A stretch of 64,000 nucleotides of DNA, taken from the NCBI GenBank assembly GCA_037130755.1, contig JBAXSI010000010.1, positions 16,351 through 80,350 of the forward strand, read 5' to 3'. Every line of letters starts with the position of its first letter. Positions within the stretch are counted from its first letter, which is position 1. A program made the translations under genes and the position numbers. Under the pieces are notes generated by a model. It worked only from the letters and a program-made list of their open reading frames with translations. It did not search any database and was not told the DNA's origin. The DNA comes from Actinomycetes bacterium. GTDB lineage: Bacteria; Actinomycetota; Actinomycetes; S36-B12. Positions 57,793-64,000 of this stretch are shown here, piece after piece.

Positions 57793-59157
57793 TTAAAGCC
57801 GCTCGAAGCTGCGGTATCGCTCCCAGTCCGTGACGGTGCTTGTGAACGCGGCCAGCTCGACCTTCGCCATGTTGGTGTAGTGCGCCTGGACCTCCTCGCC
57901 GAAGATCTCGCGGATCCAGTCCGAGCCCTCCCACAGGCGCAGCGCCTCGGACATGGTGTGCGGCACTCGCGGGGAGTCGCCGACGTAGGCGTTGCCGGTG
58001 AACGGCGCCTCCAGGGTGAGGCCGCGCTGGATGCCGTCGAGTCCGGCGGCGATCATCCCGGCCACCGCGAGGTACGGGTTGACGTCGCCTCCCGGGATGC
58101 GGTTCTCCAGGCGCAACGCCGGGCCATGCCCGACGAGCCGGTAGGCGCACGTGCGGTTGTCGCGACCCCACTCGATGGCCGTCGGCGCGAATGAACCTGG
58201 GACGAAGCGCTTGTAGGAGTTGATCTGCGGAGCGAACATCAGGGCTAGCTCGGCGGAGTGAGCCAACTGCCCGGCGACGAATGACTTGCCGAGCTCGGAC
58301 ATCCCCTCCATGCCGTTGTCGTCGGCCATCACCATCGAGCCGTCGGTGCCGCGGAAGGACAGGTGGATGTGGCAGGAGTTGCCCTCACGCTCGTTGAACT
58401 TCGCCATGAACGTCAGCGCGTAGCCCTCCTGGGATGCGATGACCTTTGCGCCGGTCTTGTACGTGACGTGGTTGTCGCACGTGTTGAGTGCCTCGCGGTA
58501 GCGGAAGGCGATCTCGTGCTGGCCGAGGTTGCACTCGCCCTTCGCGCTCTCCACCGTCATCCCTGCGTCGAACATCTCGTTGCGGATCCGTCGAAGCAGT
58601 GGCTCGACCCGAGCACCGCCGAGCATCGAGTAGTCGACGTTGTAGAGGTTCGCGGGAGTGAGGTCGCGGTAGCCCGCGAGCCACGCTTCCTCGTACGTGT
58701 CCTGAAAGACGATGAATTCGAGCTCGGTACCGACGTAGGCCTGCATGCCTGCCTCGGCGAGCCGATCGACCTGCTTCTTCAGGACCTGCCGCGGTGATGC
58801 CACAACCGGCGAGTGGTCCTCCCACAGCACGTCGCACAGGACGCCCACGGCTCCCGGCTCCCACGGCAGTCTGTGCAGGGTGTTGAGGTCCGGCATCATC
58901 ACCATGTCGCCGTAGCCGCTGTCCCATGACGACATGGCGTAGCCGTCGACCGTGTTCATGTCGACGTCGACCGCGAGCAGGTAGTTGCATCCCTCCGTCG
59001 CGTGCTCGAGCACTTCGTCGACGAAGTACTGCGCGTGGATGCGCTTGCCCTGAAGTCGCCCCTGCATGTCCGTGATCGAGACTGCGACAGTGTCGATGCG
59101 ACCATCCGCAACTTCCTCGCGCAGGGTGTGGACGGACAGCTGTCCGGGGTTTGCCAT
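57793..59157 (-). CDS. glnA4: GlnA4-like gamma-glutamyl ligase (gamma-glutamylethanolamide synthetase type)
   Basis: [44 protein letters not shown]; followed by ALDH and SDR as in the Streptomyces/Mycobacterium glnA4 cluster. Confidence 0.85.
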   Translation of the reverse strand: MANPGQLSVHTLREEVADGRIDTVAVSITDMQGRLQGKRIHAQYFVDEVLEHATEGCNYLLAVDVDMNTVDGYAMSSWDSGYGDMVMMPDLNTLHRLPWEPGAVGVLCDVLWEDHSPVVASPRQVLKKQVDRLAEAGMQAYVGTELEFIVFQDTYEEAWLAGYRDLTPANLYNVDYSMLGGARVEPLLRRIRNEMFDAGMTVESAKGECNLGQHEIAFRYREALNTCDNHVTYKTGAKVIASQEGYALTFMAKFNEREGNSCHIHLSFRGTDGSMVMADDNGMEGMSELGKSFVAGQLAHSAELALMFAPQINSYKRFVPGSFAPTAIEWGRDNRTCAYRLVGHGPALRLENRIPGGDVNPYLAVAGMIAAGLDGIQRGLTLEAPFTGNAYVGDSPRVPHTMSEALRLWEGSDWIREIFGEEVQAHYTNMAKVELAAFTSTVTDWERYRSFERL

Positions 59158-59247
59158 GTGAGCTCCTGTTATCGGCGTATTCGTGCATCCAACCGCATGT
59201 GAGGGTGCCCATGCGTGCCGTTCGGGTGCGAACGTCCGGGTCGGGTC

Positions 59248-60582
59248 TCAGGCCAGCCCGGCCAGGGCGACCGGGTCCCGCAGCAAGCGGAGGCCGTGTG
59301 CAAAGGCGACGGCGGTGTAGAGCCCGACGATGGCCAACGCGCCCCAGAACGGAAGCGTCAGCACGGCGACGGTGAGGGCTGCAGCCCGGGCGAGCGTCCC
59401 GACGGCCGACACCACCGGGGCGGCCTGTGCTCTGAACGAGTCGAAGTCGGTGGCCATCGGGCGCTTGATCGACGGGGCCAGGCCTGCCGCGGCCGCTCCG
59501 ATGGCCACCAGGACGAGTGAGGGCATCGCGGCCGCCACGATCGGCGCGCCCGTGAGGAAGCCGCTGACCGTGGCCACGAGGGCGAGGGCGAGGATCCAGG
59601 TCGTGCCGGCGGCCAGCCGGGCAAGGACCAGACCGCGGTGGCTGACCTTGCCGAGCAGCCACACGGCTGCCCCGCCGTCGTACGCGAACCCGTTGGCGCC
59701 AAGGACGGCGGCGGCCGCGGCCATGACGAAGAAGGCGATCGCCGTCGTGGCGTTGGAGCCCGCGCCTCGCACCAGCAGGGGCGCCAGGGCGGCCGTGATG
59801 ACGGTGCTCCGGGCAGCCACCGAGCGGCCGATGCCCGCGCCCATGACCACCGAGAGGGCGAGGATCGGCGGGCGGGGGAGCCTGATGGAGCGCGGCGCCC
59901 GGAGGGCCCGGTCGTTGGGCCGGTTGAGCAGCCAGGCCCCCCACAGGGCCAGGGCACCGGTGAAAAGGATCGGGATGACGTAGGCGGACGTCGTGACGGC
60001 CGCCGACAGCCAGTGGCCGGGGCCGAGGGAGCTGGACACGACGACCGTCGCCATGAGCAGGACCAGTCCGGCCACGAGGAGCAGCGCCCACGTCGGCCCC
60101 ACCTTGCGCATGAGGATGGCTGATGACGCGCCCGCCAGCTGGCCGACCGCGACGCCGTTCCAAGCAAGGGCCAGCCCCGCGAGCCAGCCCGGCCAGCCGG
60201 CAGCCGCCGCACCGACGATGGCCAGCGAGGGGACGAACAGCCCGGGCCCTGCGTCCGTGAGGGCGGCCGTGAGGCGGGTGCCGAACGTGAAGGACCGACC
60301 GCCACCGGCGGCCGCCACGGCCAGCGGGTCGTCGCTGTCGCCGCCACCGAGGGCGGGGAGCAGGGCGAGGGCGGACCAGAGGCCAGCGGCGAGCGGGATG
60401 AGCGAGGCGGTCGTGATCCCCGCCGCCTGGACGGCGTCGTGTCGCGCCGCTGTGAGGAGCGCGAGGCAGTGCAGCACGACGGTGGTGGCGATGGCAGCGA
60501 TGGCGAACGGTCGAGAGGTCCGCCAGCCGGTTCGCAGCTGATGCGCGACCCCGAGGCGGATGTCGGCGGTCTGTGTCGTCAT
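59248..60582 (-). CDS. multi-TM membrane protein, probable ABC exporter permease
   Basis: About 12 Ala/Leu-rich TM segments, NGFAYDG motif; coupled to ABC ATPase. Confidence 0.75.
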   Translation of the reverse strand: MTTQTADIRLGVAHQLRTGWRTSRPFAIAAIATTVVLHCLALLTAARHDAVQAAGITTASLIPLAAGLWSALALLPALGGGDSDDPLAVAAAGGGRSFTFGTRLTAALTDAGPGLFVPSLAIVGAAAAGWPGWLAGLALAWNGVAVGQLAGASSAILMRKVGPTWALLLVAGLVLLMATVVVSSSLGPGHWLSAAVTTSAYVIPILFTGALALWGAWLLNRPNDRALRAPRSIRLPRPPILALSVVMGAGIGRSVAARSTVITAALAPLLVRGAGSNATTAIAFFVMAAAAAVLGANGFAYDGGAAVWLLGKVSHRGLVLARLAAGTTWILALALVATVSGFLTGAPIVAAAMPSLVLVAIGAAAAGLAPSIKRPMATDFDSFRAQAAPVVSAVGTLARAAALTVAVLTLPFWGALAIVGLYTAVAFAHGLRLLRDPVALAGLA

Positions 60583-61277
60583 CTCGTGGCCGACAGGGAT
60601 CGCCAGGCGTTGCCGAGTGTGCCGTGCTCGAGGAGCAGTTCGGCTGTGGGGTACGGCCCGACCAAGGTATGGCCACGGAAGACCGCCACCTCGTCGGCGA
60701 CGACGGCGGCGTCGAGGAGGTGCGTGGTGAGGACGACGGCCCGCCCGCGGCCGCGGGCATCCACGAGCAGCTCGGTGATGGTGTCCACTCCCTCGGGATC
60801 GACGCCATCGAAGGGCTCGTCGACCAGGAGGAGGGGTGGATCGGCGACGAGCGCCATGGCCATCGACAGCCGACGCGACTGCCCGTGCGAGTACGCGGCG
60901 GCGGGCAGTTCGACCACCTCGTCAAGGCCGAGCCGGTCGATCAGCGCGTCGAGTTCGGGCTCGGTGACGTGCACACGGTGCAGCCGCGCGGCGAGCGCCA
61001 GATGCTCGCGGCCGGTGAGCCGCGGGAAGACCCCGCGGGTGTCGGGCACGTACCCGGTGGATCTTCGCGCATGGTCGCTGCCGCCTGGCTCGCCGTCGAT
61101 CCAGAACTGGCCCGCGCTCGGCGGGATGGCGCCGGCCAGCACCTTCATCGTCGTGGACTTGCCGCAGCCGTTCGGGCCGAGCACCGCGAGGATGGTCCCG
61201 GTGGCGACCGTGAAGGAGACGTCGTCGACCACCCGATGGGAGCCGTACGACCGAGCAAGGCCCTGCACGTCGAGCAT
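60579..61277 (-). CDS. ABC transporter ATP-binding protein
   Basis: GPNGCGKST, YSHGQ signature, LLVDEPF, TTH. Confidence 0.94.
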   Translation of the reverse strand: MLDVQGLARSYGSHRVVDDVSFTVATGTILAVLGPNGCGKSTTMKVLAGAIPPSAGQFWIDGEPGGSDHARRSTGYVPDTRGVFPRLTGREHLALAARLHRVHVTEPELDALIDRLGLDEVVELPAAAYSHGQSRRLSMAMALVADPPLLLVDEPFDGVDPEGVDTITELLVDARGRGRAVVLTTHLLDAAVVADEVAVFRGHTLVGPYPTAELLLEHGTLGNAWRSLSATR

Positions 61278-61351
61278 GTGAGTACCGTACGCAGGCTACG
61301 GAAGAGGCGATGGCCTCACCGCGCCCGTCAATCTGACCTACGCTGCCGAGC

Positions 61352-62275
61352 GTGCACCCGCTGCTCGAGGACATCCCTCCTCATGACGTTGAGCGCCTCG
61401 AGCGTGTGACGTGCCTGCGCGCGGCCACGGCCGTAACCCCGTTGGACGGCGGGATCACCAACCGCAACTACCGGATCTCCACTGCATACGGCGATTTCGT
61501 GGTGCGACTGTCGGACCCCGAGTCCTCGGTCCTCGCGATCGATCGCGGCGACGAGTACCTGAACTCGGTGGCCGCTGCGAAGTCCGGGGCGGGTGCCCCA
61601 GTCGAGCAGTACATCGCCGGAGCCGGGGTCCTCGTCGTCCACTGGATCTGGGGGCGGACGTTCAGCGAGGTCGACGTTCGCCGGCCCGAGAACCTGCCTC
61701 GCATCGCGGAGGCATGCCGGATGCTGCATGCCGGCCCGGATTTCTCGTGCGACTTCAACATGTTCGACATCCAGGCGCGCTATCTCGCGCTGGTGCGCGA
61801 GCAGGGCTACCGCCTGCCCGAACGCTACGAGGAGTTCCTCCCCGTTGTGTCGCGGTTGAAGGCCGCGATGGCCGAGTCGCCAGAGCCGACGGTCCCATGC
61901 AACAACGACCTCCTCGCCGCCAACATCATCGACGACGGCGATCGGCTCTGGCTGATCGACTACGAGTACGCGGGTAACAACGAGGCGTCCTTCGAGCTTG
62001 GCAACATCTGGAGCGAGTCCACCCTCGACGACGACTTGCTCGCGCCCCTCGTGCACGCCTACTGGCAGGACGAATCCCCGGTGCTCGTCGCCCGCGCTCG
62101 CATGTGGGCCCTTTTGTCCCAATATGGCTGGACGCTCTGGGCATCTATCCAGGACTCGATCAGCCCGCTGGACTTCGACTACTGGTCGTGGGGCATGGAG
62201 AAGTACGAGCGGGCGGTCCGCACGTTCGATGACCCGCGTTTGGGGGATTGGCTCGACGAGGTCGCACGTCCCTGA
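61352..62275 (+). CDS. choline/ethanolamine kinase family phosphotransferase
   Basis: GGITNRNY, IDR..E, PCNNDLLAAN (Brenner motif), LIDYEYAG. Confidence 0.9.
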   Translation: MHPLLEDIPPHDVERLERVTCLRAATAVTPLDGGITNRNYRISTAYGDFVVRLSDPESSVLAIDRGDEYLNSVAAAKSGAGAPVEQYIAGAGVLVVHWIWGRTFSEVDVRRPENLPRIAEACRMLHAGPDFSCDFNMFDIQARYLALVREQGYRLPERYEEFLPVVSRLKAAMAESPEPTVPCNNDLLAANIIDDGDRLWLIDYEYAGNNEASFELGNIWSESTLDDDLLAPLVHAYWQDESPVLVARARMWALLSQYGWTLWASIQDSISPLDFDYWSWGMEKYERAVRTFDDPRLGDWLDEVARP

Positions 62276-62315
62276 TGGCGGGATGCCGGACCGCCCTTGC
62301 GGTCTCCGCGTGTCG

Positions 62316-62360
62316 CACTTGTCCAAAGTCGCTCCGCGAGGAGACTGCGGCTAATAGTGT
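62316..62360 (+). promoter_or_regulatory. permease promoter with upstream motif CACTTGTCCAAAGT and -10 TAGTGT
   Basis: 13/14 identity to 9474-9487 and the same offset to the -10 element. Confidence 0.55.
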
Positions 62361-62418
62361 CCGCCTGTCGGGGGACAAGACGTGGGTCGGGCCGCGACCG
62401 CGCAATGAGGAGGCTTGA

Positions 62419-64000
62419 GTGCCGGATCAAAGTGCATTGACCGAAGACGAACGGATGCTGGCAGAGCTCGGATACAAGCAGGAGCTCAGCCGCAGCTGGA
62501 GTGGATTCTCCAACTTCGCCATCTCCTTCTCCATCATCTCGATCCTCGCTGGTTGCTTCACCACGTTCTACTTCGGGTGGAACAACGGCGGGCCGATCGC
62601 CATCTCGCTGGGCTGGCCGTTCATCGCCGCCTGCATCCTGGTGATCGGCTTCTGCATGTCGGAGCTCGTCTCTGCGTACCCGACTTCGGGCGGCATCTAC
62701 TGGTGGGCCAGCAAGCTCGGCAGTGTCAAGGCGGGCTACTACACGGGCTGGCTGAACCTGGTCGGCCTCGTCGCGATCGTGGCGTCGGTGGCCTATGGCA
62801 CCGCGACCTTCTTCGATTACTCGTTCTCTCGCCTGAATGAGTCGTGGGCGGCGGGCTACTCGCTCGAGCGTGTCTTCGTGATGTTCCTCGCCATCTTGAT
62901 CATCACCGCACTCATCAACATCTTCTCCAGCCACCTGCTGTCGATCTTCAACAACATTTCGGTGTGGTGGCACGTGTTCGGCGCGACGATCATCGTGCTC
63001 ATCCTCGTGTTCTTCCTGAAGGACGGCACGACGCACTGGAACGTCACCGACGTATTCACCGGCCGAGTGAACAACACCTTCGGCCTCTACGGCTCCACGG
63101 ACGGCGCTCTCAACGGCGCCGGCACGAGTGGCCCGGGCTTCTGGTTCTACGTGGTGCCGCTGGGCTTCCTGCTCACGCAGTACACGATCACCGGCTACGA
63201 CGCCTCAGCCCACCTCTCCGAGGAGACCCAGGGTGCGGCGAACACCGCGGCCAAGGGCCTGTGGAAGTCCATCTTCTACTCGGCTATCGGCGGCTGGATT
63301 CTGCTGCTCGCCTTCCTGTTCGCCATCCAGGACCCGGACGCAGTCTCCGCGGGCGGCGGCGGCGTGCAGGTCATCTTCGACCAGGCACTCACGCCCACCA
63401 TGGCGGGCTTGGTGCTGCTCATCGCCAGCATCGGCCAGCTCTTCTGCACCACAGCCTGCCTGACGTCGGCATCGCGCATGCTCTTCGCGTTCAGCCGTGA
63501 CGGCGCGGTCCCCGGTGCGAGGCACTGGGCCAGGCTCAACAAGAGCAAGACGCCGGTCAACGCTGTGATCGCCGTTGCGCTCTTCGGCCTGATCCTTACC
63601 CTCCCGGCGCTGTTCAAGGTCAACGTCGGAACCGCGGACGCCCCGATCTACACGGTCACCGCGTTCTTCGCCGTGGTATCGATCGGCGTGCTGGGTCTGT
63701 ACCTGGCCTTCGCCATCCCGATCTTCTACCGCTGGAGGGCTGGCTCGTCCTTCCAGCAGGGTTCGTGGAACTTGGGCAACAAGTGGAAGTGGATGGCCCC
63801 GATTGCGGTCCTCGAGATCGTCATCACCTCGGTCTACTTCATCCTTCCGCTGTACCCCGCGGGTGCGCCGGGCTTCATGCGCGGTCTCCTCGGGGCGCCG
63901 AGCACCGACGACGTTCCGTTCGACTGGAAGTCGGTCAACTACGCACCCCTGGTGCTGGGCTTCATCCTCATCTGCCTGTGGATCGGCTGGCATGTGTCGG
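62419..64000 (+). CDS. APC-family amine/amino acid permease (GABA/choline type), truncated by right edge
   Basis: Not in ORF track; GAGGAGG RBS then GTG: VPDQSALTEDERMLAELGYKQELSRSWSGFSNFAISFSIISILAG...SAYPTSGGIY...ITGYDASAHLSEET; open to end. Confidence 0.92.
   Translation, partial: MPDQSALTEDERMLAELGYKQELSRSWSGFSNFAISFSIISILAGCFTTFYFGWNNGGPIAISLGWPFIAACILVIGFCMSELVSAYPTSGGIYWWASKLGSVKAGYYTGWLNLVGLVAIVASVAYGTATFFDYSFSRLNESWAAGYSLERVFVMFLAILIITALINIFSSHLLSIFNNISVWWHVFGATIIVLILVFFLKDGTTHWNVTDVFTGRVNNTFGLYGSTDGALNGAGTSGPGFWFYVVPLGFLLTQYTITGYDASAHLSEETQGAANTAAKGLWKSIFYSAIGGWILLLAFLFAIQDPDAVSAGGGGVQVIFDQALTPTMAGLVLLIASIGQLFCTTACLTSASRMLFAFSRDGAVPGARHWARLNKSKTPVNAVIAVALFGLILTLPALFKVNVGTADAPIYTVTAFFAVVSIGVLGLYLAFAIPIFYRWRAGSSFQQGSWNLGNKWKWMAPIAVLEIVITSVYFILPLYPAGAPGFMRGLLGAPSTDDVPFDWKSVNYAPLVLGFILICLWIGWHVS

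Noticed and set aside
58385-60925. 846-aa minus-strand ORF
   Set aside because: Arg/Pro/Gly-rich off-frame translation across three genuine genes.

Overview
High-GC actinobacterial chromosome segment (mshA, mshD, glnR, carD, senX3/regX3-like, F420-type PPOX protein). No rRNA, tRNA, CRISPR array, IS or phage genes were recognised. 1-21.6 kb is an accessory catabolic island of two parallel modules, each with a glutamine-synthetase-like gamma-glutamyl ligase, a class I glutamine amidotransferase-like hydrolase and a related cytochrome P450. Module A (1-11.1 kb) adds a PDR/VanB-type reductase, a degenerate Rieske protein (CxH...CxxC, no mononuclear-Fe His residues), an HpaD/HpaE-like meta-cleavage set with an FAH-family and an acetoacetate-decarboxylase-like enzyme, and an APC permease. 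Three copies of a 20-bp palindrome (consensus ATCGTTCGGGCCCGAACGAT) tie module A together. Module B (11.2-21.6 kb) adds an ADH, two ALDHs, a CoA transferase, an acyl-CoA dehydrogenase and a GntR regulator with its own TATC boxes. 21.6-54.7 kb is largely core: glycogen, polyphosphate, mycothiol, Pho regulation, MEP pathway, cysS/rlmB. It also holds oddities: a pentapeptide-repeat protein at the hbhA position, an AlaX with Cys->Asp at the editing site, a SenX3 with no evident TM helix, and a 33-aa membrane microprotein. 54.7-64 kb is a GlnA4-type gamma-glutamylation cluster next to a choline/ethanolamine kinase and a second APC permease that shares an upstream motif with the island permease. Product calls come from motif recognition and synteny by eye; no database search was run.
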